Both the position numbers and the translations under genes were made by a program. This document shows, piece after piece, positions 37,171 to 47,925 of a DNA stretch of 64,000 bases. Positions within the stretch are counted from its first letter, which is position 1, and every line of letters starts with the position of its first letter. Under the pieces are notes generated by a model, which worked only from the letters and a program-made list of their open reading frames with translations, had not been told where the DNA came from and searched no databases. Source of the DNA: Planctomycetota bacterium (GTDB lineage: Bacteria; Planctomycetota; GCA-002687715; CAIWVZ01); the NCBI GenBank assembly GCA_044222185.1, contig JBGANV010000001.1:2144001-2208000 (forward strand), in the 5' to 3' direction.

Positions 37171-39789
37171 TCAGGCTTTGACCTTCACGGTGGCGCGCAG
37201 TCGGATGTCAGCGGACGAGGCGCCGAACCGGATCTCGTAGGAGCCCGCGGGCACGACCCAACGCTGCCCGACCGGGTCCCAGGACCCGAAGTCCCGCACG
37301 CGAAGCTCGAGCTCGACGGACGCCGTGGCCTTCGGCTCCAGTTGGATCCGCTTGAACGCCACGAGCCGCTGCTCGGGTTGGACTGCGAACGGCTGGACCG
37401 CGTGGACATAGGCCTGCACGACCTCGGCGCCGGCACGTGAGCCCGAGTTCGTCAGGCGCACCACGCAGGTCACGGTGCCATCCGCAGGGACCTCTTCCGG
37501 GCTCGCGGTCGCGTTGCCGTACTCGAACGTCGTGTAGCTCAGCCCGTGACCGAACGCGAAGAGCGGCCGCGTCGGCAGATACTGGTAGGTGCGCCCTCGC
37601 GAGATTTCGTAATCGCCGATCCGCGGGAGCTGCTCCGTGGACGCGACGACGGTCACGGGCAGTCGTCCCGACGGGTTCGTCGCGCCAAAGAGCATCTCGC
37701 CGAGCGCCGTCCCACCTTCCTCACCCGGGTACCAGATCTCCAAGATGGCCGGCACGTGCTCCGCCGCCCACGGCACCGACAGCGGCCCGCCATTCATGAG
37801 AACCAGGACCGTGTTCGGATTCGCGGCCATCAGGGCTTGCAGATAGCTCTCCTGATCCTTCGGTAGTCCCAACTCGCGCCGGTCGCGATCTTCGTCTTCG
37901 AACTCCGGCCCCAGGCCCATCACGGCGACGACGACGTCGCAGGACTTCGCGAGCTCGTATTCGGGCGCGAGGCGATCGACCTGACGCTTCTCCGGCGTCA
38001 CCCAATCGAGGCGCGCGCTCGCATCGCCCTGCTTGTCGAAGTACTCGAGCACGATGCGGTACGCCTTGCCGCCTTCGAGGGTGACGGTGATCGAATCGTG
38101 AACCGGACCCCGCTCGTGCCATGCGTCGATCACGAGCTTGTCGTCCAGGAAGAGTCGCGCGCCGTCGTCCGTCTTGGCGCCGATGTCGTAGTCACCGGAC
38201 GTGGGCGGCGTCAGCACGCCGCTCCACCTGACGCTGAAACTCTCCGTGGGCATGGATGGATCCGGGGCCTTCTTGCCCCAGTCGAAATCCACCGTGGCAT
38301 CGAGGCGCGTGAGCACTTCGCCGTCGAGGTTGCGGTTGCGGAAATACACTCCGCGCAAACCGTGGGCGTTGGGAGGCGCATCCGCAGCGGGACGCAGGAC
38401 CGCCGTCGGGATCGTCTCGAACCAGGTCTCCTTCTCGGCGAGCGCCCACTTCTGGGTCTTCACCTCGACTCCCGGCCCTGCCGCCTTCTTCACGCCTTCG
38501 ACGGGCGACAGGACCTCGCGGGCCGCTTCGCCGCTGTAACCGCCGAACAGGATCCGATGGGCGTTGGGGCCGAGGACCGCGATGCTCCTGATCTTGGACG
38601 CGTCGATCGGGAGTAGCGCGGCGTTCGTCTTCGCGCTCGGGGCGTTCTTCAGCAGCACGAACGACTGCCGCGCCGACTCCAATGCGAGTGCGATGTGCTC
38701 GTCACAGCCGACGACGCTCGCAGGAATCTTCGACCACGGAACCCGGTCCACGGGGTCGAACATCCCGAGTCGGAATCGCGTGGAGAGACTGCGGAACAGC
38801 GCGCGATCGAGCGTGGCCTCGTCCAGCAGCCCCGTGCGAACGGCCTCCACGATGTACTTGGAGAAGTCCGGAAGCCACGGTGACATCACGTCGGCACCAG
38901 CCTTGAACGAAGCGGCGGCGGCCTGCGGATAGGAGTCGACCTTGCCGTGGCTGTCCTTCATCCGCTCGGGCGCGGAGACATCCGTGACGACCGTCCCCCG
39001 GAAGCCCCACTCGCTGCGGAGCACGTCCGTCAGCAACCACGGGTTCATGGAGTTCGGAACGTCGTTGATGCCGTTGTACGAGCTCATGATGGACTCGCAT
39101 CCGGCCTCCACGATCGCCGTGCGGAATGCCGGCAGGTAGTACTCGCGCAACGCGCGCTCGGAGATCATCGGACGCGTGGTGTATCGGGCGTCCTCTTCGT
39201 TGTTCGCGGCGAAGTGCTTCACCGTCGCCGCAATCTTCAGGTAGCGCGGATCATCGCCCTGAAGGCCGCGCACGAAGGCGGCGGCGAACTTCCCACAGAG
39301 GTACGGATCCTCGCCGTAGGTCTCCTCCGTGCGGCCCCACCGCGGGTCGCGCGCCATGTTGATCGTGGGGCTCCAGTACGTGAGCCCGCCGTACTGATCG
39401 CTGAACTTCCCGTGCTGGTGTTTGGCGCGAGCCTCGTCCGAGATCGCGCTCGCGATGGCGAAGTGCAGGTTCGTGTTCCACGTCGCCGCGAGGCCGATCG
39501 CCTGCGGGAACACCGTCGCCTTGCCGGCCCGTGCGACGCCGTGGAGGCACTCGCTCCACCAGTGGTATCGCGGGATGCCCAAACGAGGGATCGCCGCGCA
39601 GTTCATCACTCCCTGGCTCGCCTTCTCCTCGAGAGTGAGACGGCCGATTAGGTCGCGGACGCGCGCGTCGAGTGGAAGGTCCGGGTCCTGGAACGGGAGC
39701 CTGGCGTCAGGCGGCTGCTGCGCACCGGCGACGAGAGCGAGCACCAACCAACCACAAAGCAGGGCACTGACGTTCCACCGGCGACCCAT
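37171..39789 (-). CDS. GH3 beta-glucosidase/beta-xylosidase with PA14 insert and Fn3-like domain
   Basis: Signal peptide, WSECLHGV, RDPRWGR, KHF, VVTD nucleophile, PA14 FSVRWSG, WYPGEEGG and FGHGLSYT. Confidence 0.93.
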   Translation of the reverse strand: MGRRWNVSALLCGWLVLALVAGAQQPPDARLPFQDPDLPLDARVRDLIGRLTLEEKASQGVMNCAAIPRLGIPRYHWWSECLHGVARAGKATVFPQAIGLAATWNTNLHFAIASAISDEARAKHQHGKFSDQYGGLTYWSPTINMARDPRWGRTEETYGEDPYLCGKFAAAFVRGLQGDDPRYLKIAATVKHFAANNEEDARYTTRPMISERALREYYLPAFRTAIVEAGCESIMSSYNGINDVPNSMNPWLLTDVLRSEWGFRGTVVTDVSAPERMKDSHGKVDSYPQAAAASFKAGADVMSPWLPDFSKYIVEAVRTGLLDEATLDRALFRSLSTRFRLGMFDPVDRVPWSKIPASVVGCDEHIALALESARQSFVLLKNAPSAKTNAALLPIDASKIRSIAVLGPNAHRILFGGYSGEAAREVLSPVEGVKKAAGPGVEVKTQKWALAEKETWFETIPTAVLRPAADAPPNAHGLRGVYFRNRNLDGEVLTRLDATVDFDWGKKAPDPSMPTESFSVRWSGVLTPPTSGDYDIGAKTDDGARLFLDDKLVIDAWHERGPVHDSITVTLEGGKAYRIVLEYFDKQGDASARLDWVTPEKRQVDRLAPEYELAKSCDVVVAVMGLGPEFEDEDRDRRELGLPKDQESYLQALMAANPNTVLVLMNGGPLSVPWAAEHVPAILEIWYPGEEGGTALGEMLFGATNPSGRLPVTVVASTEQLPRIGDYEISRGRTYQYLPTRPLFAFGHGLSYTTFEYGNATASPEEVPADGTVTCVVRLTNSGSRAGAEVVQAYVHAVQPFAVQPEQRLVAFKRIQLEPKATASVELELRVRDFGSWDPVGQRWVVPAGSYEIRFGASSADIRLRATVKVKA

Positions 39790-39870
39790 CGGCTGACTCC
39801 GATCCCCCATTCCCGAGGGCGCGGCGATCATACGCGCGGTGTCAACCCCGAGGGCGCCGAGGTCCCAACC

Positions 39871-40581
39871 TCACGTCGCCGGCTTGCGTCGCGCCAGTTC
39901 CTCCATCAGCTCGACCTGGATCTTCTGAATCTCCAGGAGGTGGCTCCACTGGTGAGTGAGGAGCTGGTCCATCTTCAGATTCAGGTGTCGAATCTCGAGC
40001 TCGGCCTTCAAGTTCACACGGTAATCGTGCTCGGCGCGCAGACGATCTTTCGCCTCCTGGCGGTTCTGGCTCATCATGATGATCGGAGCCTGGATCGCGG
40101 CGAGGCAGGAGAGGATGAGATTCAGAAGGATGAACGGATAGGGGTCGAATGCCCGCGTCGACCCTGCGACCACGTTGATGACGATCCAGACCAGGAGGAC
40201 GGCGCCGAACGCGAGGATGAACCGCCAGCTGCCGCCGAACGAGGCGACTCGATCCGCGAGGCGCGCCCCCAACGACACGTCCTTCTCGAACTCGGCGTTG
40301 AGGTTCCTCGCGAGGACCTCGTGCTCCCGGAGGCTCTGGATGACGTCGTGTTCGAGGCGCGTGAGTTCCCCGCGTTCCACTTTCAGCACGTGCTCGACGT
40401 ACTGCGCCCGGTATCGGCGCAGGCAGGCCGTGCACAACGGGCCTGACGCCGGCCATCGAGGGTGATCGCGGCGGATCAAGGTGATGACGCGGGACCGCAC
40501 GGCCTGCGCCAGAATCAGATCCGCGACCGGGTGGGCCTCGTTGCAGATCGGGCACGTGAAGGTGTCGGCGGGCTCGCTCAT
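39871..40581 (-). CDS. DUF1003 membrane protein
   Basis: ADRVASFGGSW, FDPYPFILLNL, QAPIIMMSQNRQ, and N-terminal CxxC...CxxC. Confidence 0.92.
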   Translation of the reverse strand: MSEPADTFTCPICNEAHPVADLILAQAVRSRVITLIRRDHPRWPASGPLCTACLRRYRAQYVEHVLKVERGELTRLEHDVIQSLREHEVLARNLNAEFEKDVSLGARLADRVASFGGSWRFILAFGAVLLVWIVINVVAGSTRAFDPYPFILLNLILSCLAAIQAPIIMMSQNRQEAKDRLRAEHDYRVNLKAELEIRHLNLKMDQLLTHQWSHLLEIQKIQVELMEELARRKPAT

Positions 40582-40908
40582 GGGCCGATTATCGCAGCCC
40601 TGCCGCGGCCGGTTGGGATGTCGTCGACCCGGGGCCGGGCGGCACCTGCGGGGTCCGAGCCGGGTAAAAATGACACGAGACTGAGATCTGGTCGCTCAGA
40701 CTTCTATGACGTGAGAGTTCGACGGCTCGCCGAGGGCGACCGCCGCCGACGCGTCGGCCCGCGTCGGTGGTCGCGCGCCTCCTCACTCGTCATGCGCGCC
40801 GTCTCGCCGTTCACGGCGAGTTCATTGGCCACGGTACGTCACGCACATCTCTTCGTGTCACGCGGCGCGGGCTGACGTTGGAGCAGGCGCGTCGGGAACA
40901 GGACCACC

Positions 40909-41517
40909 ATGTCGAATCGCAACTGGATCGCCGTCTGCCTCCTCGTCGTCGGGCTCGTCGCCGCATCGGCCGAGGCCCAGCAGGTCCACTTCCGCGGCAA
41001 AGTCGAGAACGGCGAAGCGGTCTGCTACTACTGCCCGGGCACGGGATTCGTCGTGGATTGCACGAAGGTCCGGATCTCGAGCACGGCCTACAACCTCCAG
41101 GCGCTCGTGGGCCAGCACATCGAAGCGGACGGCGTCTGGAACGGCTCGACCACCCTGCCCATGGTGAACATCACCTACCTCCAGGTGACGAACGAGACCT
41201 TCTCCATCGGCGGTGGCGCAAACATCGGACAGCACGCCGATTTCACGGCCTTCGGCAACCCGGGTGATTCGGCCGTCGTTGCGCTCGCCCTGAACGTGAG
41301 CGTGCTGAACTTTGGACCCCCAGGCCTCGCGTTCCTCCACCCGAGCTCCGCCGTCGTCCTCGGGTCCGGCACCATGGACAGCTCCGGGGAATTCAGCGTC
41401 ACGGTGCAGATCCCGAACCTGCCGCAGCTCAGCGGACTGAACGTGTTCGGACAGGGATTCGTGGTTCCGCTCAACGGGGCTCCGTACGTCACGAATCCCG
41501 ATTGGAAGCAGCTCTGA
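40909..41517 (+). CDS. Secreted hypothetical protein
   Basis: AGGA RBS, signal peptide (AEA-Q), CYYC motif, beta-rich C-terminal domain, coding-like codon bias. Confidence 0.8.
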   Translation: MSNRNWIAVCLLVVGLVAASAEAQQVHFRGKVENGEAVCYYCPGTGFVVDCTKVRISSTAYNLQALVGQHIEADGVWNGSTTLPMVNITYLQVTNETFSIGGGANIGQHADFTAFGNPGDSAVVALALNVSVLNFGPPGLAFLHPSSAVVLGSGTMDSSGEFSVTVQIPNLPQLSGLNVFGQGFVVPLNGAPYVTNPDWKQL

Positions 41518-41921
41518 GCTGACGTGACGATGCGCGTCGCCCTGGGACGCGCTCCTCGATCGTGTTGGGGACCGCCGGACGGCGGGATCCGGGCTCGCGT
41601 CGACCTCGCCGCCACCCGCCGCCCGTCTACGGAGGCGCCCCGCACGGAGGACGGCGAGCGCCCCTCCGTCGCGCGCGGCGCCGGAAGACGCTGCACCAAG
41701 GCCTGCCCCTCCCCGGGAACGGCACTCTGACACCTCGCCGCGTCAGCATGCGAACGTGCCCGGGCGGACGACGCAACCGGGGGCCGCGAGCGCACGGCCA
41801 TCGCCGCGGTGGATCCCCCCGCTCCCCGCATCGGCCGCACGAACGCCCGGCCCCGTCGCTTGTCCGCGCCGAGCCCGCGTCCTAAAACCCCACGTCCGCG
41901 CAGCACGTGGCGACGCCTTCC

Positions 41922-42815
41922 ATGGACCCCGGCATCCGCAGAAAACCCGAGTGGCTGAAAGTGCGCCCGCCGTCCGGCGAGAACTACCTCCGGATCAAGG
42001 GCCTGCGACAGGAGTTGGGCCTGTCGACAGTCTGCGAAGAGGCCCGGTGCCCGAACATCGGTGAGTGTTGGGGCGCTGGCACCGCGACGTTCATGGTGAT
42101 GGGTGACACCTGCACCCGTGCGTGCCGCTTCTGCAACGTGAAGACCGGCAACCCGCGAGGGTGGCTCGACGCAGACGAACCGAACAAGGTCGGTCACGCC
42201 GTCGCGACGATGCGCCTGGGCTACGTCGTCCTCACGATGGTCGACCGGGACGATCTGCCCGACGGGGGCGCGGCCCACGTCATCCGCTGCGTCGACGGCA
42301 TCAAGGCCGCCTCGCCGACCACGCTCGTGGAGGCCCTCCTGGGCGATTTCCGCGCGCGTGAACGGGACCTGGAGCCCCTCGCGAAGTCGTCCATAGACGT
42401 GCTGGCGCACAACTTGGAGACCGTCGAACGCATCACGAAGAAGGTCCGGGACGGAAAGAGCAGTTACCGGCAATCGCTGGCCGCGCTCGAGCTGTTGAAG
42501 CGCCATGGACCGCCGCGTCTCGTCAAATCCTCGATCATGCTCGGCCTCGGTGAGACGGAGGACGAGGTCCGCCAGACGCTGAAGGACCTGCGCCACGTCG
42601 GGGTCGACGTCGTCACGCTTGGTCAGTACCTCCAGCCCACTCCCGATCACCTCCCCGTCGCCGACTTCATCCCTCCGGCCCGATTCGATGCCTGGCGGGA
42701 CGAGGCCCTCGGTCTCGGGTTCCTCTTCTGCGCGTCCGGGCCGCTCGTCCGTTCGTCCTACAAGGCCGGCGAGCTGTTCGTCGAGCGGTACCTGCGCGAG
42801 CGAACGGAGGTTTGA
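41922..42815 (+). CDS. lipA: Lipoyl synthase
   Basis: RKPEWLK, CEEARCPNIGEC, CTRACRFC and RSSY. Confidence 0.97.
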   Translation: MDPGIRRKPEWLKVRPPSGENYLRIKGLRQELGLSTVCEEARCPNIGECWGAGTATFMVMGDTCTRACRFCNVKTGNPRGWLDADEPNKVGHAVATMRLGYVVLTMVDRDDLPDGGAAHVIRCVDGIKAASPTTLVEALLGDFRARERDLEPLAKSSIDVLAHNLETVERITKKVRDGKSSYRQSLAALELLKRHGPPRLVKSSIMLGLGETEDEVRQTLKDLRHVGVDVVTLGQYLQPTPDHLPVADFIPPARFDAWRDEALGLGFLFCASGPLVRSSYKAGELFVERYLRERTEV

Positions 42816-43012
42816 TGCGGTCCGGCCGCCGCGGACGCCGCGATCGGCGCCGACCGGGCCGCCCCGACCCGCGCCGCCGCCAGCGCCATCGCGCCAGCCG
42901 CGCCTCCCCCGTCTCGATAACTTCGCCCGATCCGCTACCCTCTCCGTCCCCGCAACCGGACGAGGGAGAGACATCGCCGGCGCGGTCGCAAACGCTGCCC
43001 CCATCGCCCGTC

Positions 43013-43990
43013 ATGACCACCCAGACCGTCCTCCAAGCGATCCAATCGGCCCTCCGGGAGGAGATGGCCCGCGACGAGCGCGTGGTCGTCCTGGGCGAGG
43101 ACATCGCGAAGAACGGCGGCGTGTTCCGGGCGACGGAGGGGCTCCTCGACGCGTTCGGCGAGGCGCGCGTGATCGACACCCCGCTCGCCGAGTCGGGGAT
43201 CGTCGGGACGGCCATCGGGATGGCGATGTACGGGCTCAAGCCGGTCGTCGAGATCCAGTTCGCCGATTTCATCTACCCGGCATTCGACCAGATCACGTCC
43301 GAACTCGCGAAGATGCGCTACCGCTCGGGCGGCGAGTTCACGTGCCCGCTGGTCATCAGGACGCCCGCCGGCGGCGGCATCCGCGGCGGTGGGTACCACT
43401 CCCAGTCGCCGGAGGCGTACTTCGTCCACACGGCCGGGTTGCACGTCTACTACCCCTCGACGCCGGCCGATGCCAAGGGCCTGCTGAAGGCCGCGATCCG
43501 CGGGGACGACCCCGTGATCTTCTTCGAACCGAAGAAGATCTACCGGACGGTGAAGGACGAGGTCTCCGACGACCCGACCCTCGTGGTGGAGCCGGGACGG
43601 GCCCGCACCGCGCGCGAGGGGTCGCACGTCGCGCTGATTTCCTACGGATCCTGCGTTCACCTGTGCCTGGACGCTGCCGCCACGCTCGCATCCCGGGGGA
43701 TCGAGGCGCTCGTGCTCGACCTGCGCACCCTGGTCCCCATGGACGTGGATGCCATCCTGTCCGCAGCGCGTGCCACGGGTCGCGTCGTCATCGTCGCGGA
43801 AGCGCCGCGCACCTGCAGCGTCGCCGCGGAGATCGCCGCCCTCGTCGCCGAGGGCGCCATCGAATCACTCGAAGCCCCGGTCCTGCGCGTGACCGGATTC
43901 GACACACCGTTCCCATACGCGCTCGAACACGTGTACATGCCGAGCGCGGAGCGCATCCTCGCGGCCGTCGACAAGGTCATGAACTTCTGA
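43013..43990 (+). CDS. 2-oxoacid (probably branched-chain) dehydrogenase E1 beta
   Basis: GEDI..NGGVFRAT, DTPLAE, EIQFADF and HSQSPE. Confidence 0.93.
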   Translation: MTTQTVLQAIQSALREEMARDERVVVLGEDIAKNGGVFRATEGLLDAFGEARVIDTPLAESGIVGTAIGMAMYGLKPVVEIQFADFIYPAFDQITSELAKMRYRSGGEFTCPLVIRTPAGGGIRGGGYHSQSPEAYFVHTAGLHVYYPSTPADAKGLLKAAIRGDDPVIFFEPKKIYRTVKDEVSDDPTLVVEPGRARTAREGSHVALISYGSCVHLCLDAAATLASRGIEALVLDLRTLVPMDVDAILSAARATGRVVIVAEAPRTCSVAAEIAALVAEGAIESLEAPVLRVTGFDTPFPYALEHVYMPSAERILAAVDKVMNF

Positions 43991-44030
43991 ACCGGCCCGT
44001 GGCATCCGCCACCGCCGGGGAGACGAACCC

Positions 44031-45410
44031 ATGCCGTACGAATTCAAACTGCCGGACATCGGTGAAGGCGTCGCCGAGGGCGAGATCACGAAGTGGCTCG
44101 TGAAGGAAGGCGACTCGGTCAAGGAAGACCAGCCCATGGTCGAGGTGATGACCGACAAGGCGACGGTCGAGATCACGTCCCCGGTCGGGGGCCGCGTCCA
44201 GAAGATCCTCGTGAAGGAAGGCGGCGTGGCGCCGGTGCACTCGGTGATCGTCGTGATCGAACAGATCGCCGGCGGGGCCGCGGCCCCGGCGGTGGCGACG
44301 CCCCCGGCGCCCGCGGCAAAGCCCGCGCCTGCGCCGGCTCCCAAACCGGCGGCGCCGGTTACGCCCCCCGCGCCCGCCCCAAGAGCCGCAGCGCCAACGC
44401 CGCAACCCGCGGCGAAGCCCGCGCCCGTCGCTGCGCCTGCAGCCGCCGCGCCGGCACAGCCCGCCGTCGTGGCCCCTGCTGCTCCCGCAACCCCGCGCGA
44501 CAAGGTCCTGGCGACGCCGGCGACCCGAAAACTCGCGCGCGAACTGGGCGTCGACCTCGCGCAGGTCGCCGGAAGCGGACCGCGCGGGCGCGTGCTGAAG
44601 GACGACGTCCGCTCGGTGCTGGCGCCCGTCGCCGAGCCGGCCCAGCCGAACGGCGGCGAGCCCGTCATCTCCCGCGCCGTCGAGAGCTACGCGCCGACAC
44701 CCGCCGGCGGAGCCGAGGAACGCATCCCCTACCGCGGACTGCGCAAGGCCATCGGCGACCAGATGGTGCGGTCGCTCTACACCGCCCCACACTTCACGCT
44801 CGTCGACGAGATCGACTTCTCGGCGATCGACGGGCTGCGCCAGGCCTCGAAGGACGAAGCCTCGGCGGCTGGGACCAAGCTCACGTACCTGCCCTTCGTC
44901 ATGAAGGCGCTCTTCCAGACGATCCGCAAGTTCCCGTCGATCAACGCGACTCTGGACGAAGCCCGTGGCGAATTCGTCATCAAGCACGACGTGCACGTGG
45001 GATTTGCCCTCGACACGGACCGCGGCTTGATGGTGCCCGTCGTGAAGAACGTGGCCCGTCGTGGCGTCCTCTCGATCGCCAAGGAGATCTCGCGCCTCTC
45101 CGAGCTCGGTCGCGCCGGCAAGGCGTCGCGGGAAGACCTCATCGGATCCACGATCACGATCACCTCGGCCGGGTCGATCGGCGGGTTGTTCGCGACGCCG
45201 ATCATCAATTACCCGGAGGTGGCGATCCTCGGCCTCTATCAGATCGCCGACCGCCCCGTCGTCCGTGACGGCCAGATCGTCATCCGCAAGATGGGCTACG
45301 TCTCCATCACCCTCGACCACCGCGTCGTCGACGGCGCCACGGCCTCACGCGTCCTCCTCGAGCTCAAGCGTCTGCTCGGCAACCCGGGCCTCCTGCTCCT
45401 GGGCGACTGA
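44031..45410 (+). CDS. Dihydrolipoamide acyltransferase E2
   Basis: Lipoyl domain TDKA, Pro/Ala linker, E3-binding ATPATRKLA..GSG, and catalytic DHRVVDG. Confidence 0.95.
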   Translation: MPYEFKLPDIGEGVAEGEITKWLVKEGDSVKEDQPMVEVMTDKATVEITSPVGGRVQKILVKEGGVAPVHSVIVVIEQIAGGAAAPAVATPPAPAAKPAPAPAPKPAAPVTPPAPAPRAAAPTPQPAAKPAPVAAPAAAAPAQPAVVAPAAPATPRDKVLATPATRKLARELGVDLAQVAGSGPRGRVLKDDVRSVLAPVAEPAQPNGGEPVISRAVESYAPTPAGGAEERIPYRGLRKAIGDQMVRSLYTAPHFTLVDEIDFSAIDGLRQASKDEASAAGTKLTYLPFVMKALFQTIRKFPSINATLDEARGEFVIKHDVHVGFALDTDRGLMVPVVKNVARRGVLSIAKEISRLSELGRAGKASREDLIGSTITITSAGSIGGLFATPIINYPEVAILGLYQIADRPVVRDGQIVIRKMGYVSITLDHRVVDGATASRVLLELKRLLGNPGLLLLGD

Positions 45411-45420
45411 CGTGCAGCCC

Positions 45421-46509
45421 ATGCTGCGAGTCATGCCCGTCGCGGGCGAGCCCGCGACGATCCCGGCACCCGAGTTGTCGCCGACGGAGCTCCTGTCGCT
45501 GCTTCGCTGGATGCTTCTGATCCGGGCGCTCGACGAGAAGATGTTGCTCCTGCAACGGCAAGGGCGCATCGCCTTCTTCGGGCCCAGCGCCGGACAGGAG
45601 GCGTCGATCGCGGGCTCCGGCTTCGTCGCGCGCGCGACCGACTGGATCTACCCGGCCCTCCGGGAGGGCGGCATCCTGCTCATGCGCGGTTTCCCCATCG
45701 CTCGCTACTTCGGGCAGATGTTCGGGAACGTGCTCGACACGCAGAAGGGCCGCCAGATGCCCATGCATTTTTCGAGCGGCGAGCACCGGTTCGTGTCGCT
45801 CTCGTCCGTGATCGCGACGCAGCTTCCGCAGGCCGTGGGCACGGCCTGGGCCGCGAAGATCCGCAAGGACGACGTGGTGACCTACGGTTACATCGGCGAC
45901 GGCGGAACCTCCGAAGGCGACTTCCACTGCGCGCTGAACTTCGCGGCGGTCGGTCGCGTGCCCTGCGTGATCATCTGTCAGAACAACCAATGGGCGATCT
46001 CAGTGCCGTTCGCGAAGCAGACGGCGTCCGACGGCATCGCGATCAAGGCGACGGCCTATGGCATGCCGGGTGTCCGCGTCGACGGCAACGACGTGCTCGC
46101 CGTCGTCTCGGCCGTCCGCGAGGCGCACGAGCGCGCGCGTCGCGGGGATGGCCCCACGCTCGTCGAATGCGTCACGTATCGCCGCGGCGGCCACTCGTCG
46201 TCCGACGATCCCACGCGGTATCGCGACGAATCCAAGATGCAGCCGTGGCTGCTGGTGGATCCAATCGAGCGGTTCAAGGAACACCTCACCGCCCGCAGTG
46301 TTCTCGACCAGGCGGAACTCGACCGCATGCTCGGCGAGATCCGCAGTGAGATCGACGCGGGACTGAAGACGGCCGAGCCGGCGATCCAGCCCGCCGTCGA
46401 CACCCTGTTCACCGACGTGTACAGCAAGCTGCCGCAGACGCTCGCCGCCCAACGCGCGGAAGTCGTCGGGGATGGCAGCGGTACCGCCGAAGGAGCGTTC
46501 CCACTCTGA
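45421..46509 (+). CDS. 2-oxoacid dehydrogenase E1 alpha
   Basis: QRQGRI, GQEA, GRQMPMH, TPP motif GDG...NN and HSSSDDP. Confidence 0.93.
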   Translation: MLRVMPVAGEPATIPAPELSPTELLSLLRWMLLIRALDEKMLLLQRQGRIAFFGPSAGQEASIAGSGFVARATDWIYPALREGGILLMRGFPIARYFGQMFGNVLDTQKGRQMPMHFSSGEHRFVSLSSVIATQLPQAVGTAWAAKIRKDDVVTYGYIGDGGTSEGDFHCALNFAAVGRVPCVIICQNNQWAISVPFAKQTASDGIAIKATAYGMPGVRVDGNDVLAVVSAVREAHERARRGDGPTLVECVTYRRGGHSSSDDPTRYRDESKMQPWLLVDPIERFKEHLTARSVLDQAELDRMLGEIRSEIDAGLKTAEPAIQPAVDTLFTDVYSKLPQTLAAQRAEVVGDGSGTAEGAFPL

Positions 46510-47915
46510 TGAAAACGACCAAAGCCTGCGTCATCGGTTCGGGTCCCGGCGGATACGTCGCCGCGATCCGCCTCGCCCAGCTCGGCATCGAGACGATCGT
46601 CGTCGAGCGCGAAGCCCTCGGCGGAGTCTGCCTCAACTGGGGCTGCATTCCCTCGAAGGCGTACATCGGCGCAGCCAAGCTCTACGAGAAGGTGAAGACC
46701 GCCGACGAGTGCGGGATCTCCGTCAAGGACATCCACGTCGACCTCCCGAAGATGCGCGAGTGGAAGAACTCGGTCGTCACGCGGATGAAGAACGGGATCG
46801 GCGAGCTGTTCAAGCGCAACACGATCACGACGGTCTGGGGGAACGCGAAGTTCACGGGCCCCGACACCATCGAGGTCACGAGCAAGGACGGAGCGACCGA
46901 GACGATCAAGGCCGAGAAGTTCCTCATCGCCACGGGCTCGCGGCCGTTCGATCTGCCCACCTTCCCGGTGGATGGACGCAAGATCATCACGTCGACCGAA
47001 GCGCTCGACCTCGACCACGTTCCCAAGAGCCTGCTCGTGCTCGGGGGCGGCGTCATCGGCCTCGAGATCGGCATGTACCTGATGAAGTTCGGCACGGAGC
47101 TCACGGTCGTCGAGATGATGGACCAGCTCCTCCCGGGCACGGATCCCGATCTCGTCGCCGTCGTCGCCCGCAACCTCAAGAAGAAGAAGGCCACGGTCCA
47201 CCTCCAGACGAAGGCCCTGGGCGCGACCGTGAAGGGCGACGTCGTCGAGACGCGGATCCAGACCCCCAAGGGCGAGCAGGTGATCACGACCGAGCACGTC
47301 CTCGTCTCCATCGGGCGCAAGCCGAACACGGAGAACCTGGGCCTCGACAAGGCGGGGGTCAAGACGACGCAGCGCGGATACATCGAGGTCGATGCGCACA
47401 TGCGCACGTCCAATCCGCGGTGCTGGGCCATCGGCGACGTCGTCGGGGGCGCACTGCTCGCACACAAGGCGTCCAAGGAAGGTCTGGTCGCCGCCGCCGT
47501 GATGGCCGGCAAGTCGGAGGCCTACGACGTGGTCGCCATGCCTGGGGCCATCTTCACGGATCCGGAAATCGCGCAGACGGGACTCACGGAAGCGGAAGCG
47601 AAGAAGCGCGGCTACGAAGTGAAGGTCGGCACGTTCCCGTTCGCGGCACTGGGTCGCGCCGTCGCCGGCCGCGAGACCGACGGGCTCATCAAGATGGTGA
47701 CGGACGCCAAGGACGACCGGATCCTCGGCGTCGGCATCGCCGGCGCGAATGCGTCGGACCTCATCGCCGAATCGACGCTGGCCATCGAAGCAGGCCTCAC
47801 GGCCGAAGACGTGGCGCTGACCGTTCACGCACATCCGACGCTCGCCGAGAGTCTGATGGAGGTGTCCGAAGCCGTTCACGGCGACGCCATCCACATCTAC
47901 CAGCCGAAGAAGTGA
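46509..47915 (+). CDS. lpdA: Dihydrolipoamide dehydrogenase E3
   Basis: GSGPGG, CLNWGCIPSK, GGGVIG and HPTLAE. Confidence 0.97.
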   Translation: MKTTKACVIGSGPGGYVAAIRLAQLGIETIVVEREALGGVCLNWGCIPSKAYIGAAKLYEKVKTADECGISVKDIHVDLPKMREWKNSVVTRMKNGIGELFKRNTITTVWGNAKFTGPDTIEVTSKDGATETIKAEKFLIATGSRPFDLPTFPVDGRKIITSTEALDLDHVPKSLLVLGGGVIGLEIGMYLMKFGTELTVVEMMDQLLPGTDPDLVAVVARNLKKKKATVHLQTKALGATVKGDVVETRIQTPKGEQVITTEHVLVSIGRKPNTENLGLDKAGVKTTQRGYIEVDAHMRTSNPRCWAIGDVVGGALLAHKASKEGLVAAAVMAGKSEAYDVVAMPGAIFTDPEIAQTGLTEAEAKKRGYEVKVGTFPFAALGRAVAGRETDGLIKMVTDAKDDRILGVGIAGANASDLIAESTLAIEAGLTAEDVALTVHAHPTLAESLMEVSEAVHGDAIHIYQPKK

Positions 47916-47925
47916 GCGGAGCGCG

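Noticed and set aside
44270-44500. Low-complexity repeat in E2
   Set aside because: It is an ordinary Pro/Ala linker of dihydrolipoamide acyltransferases.
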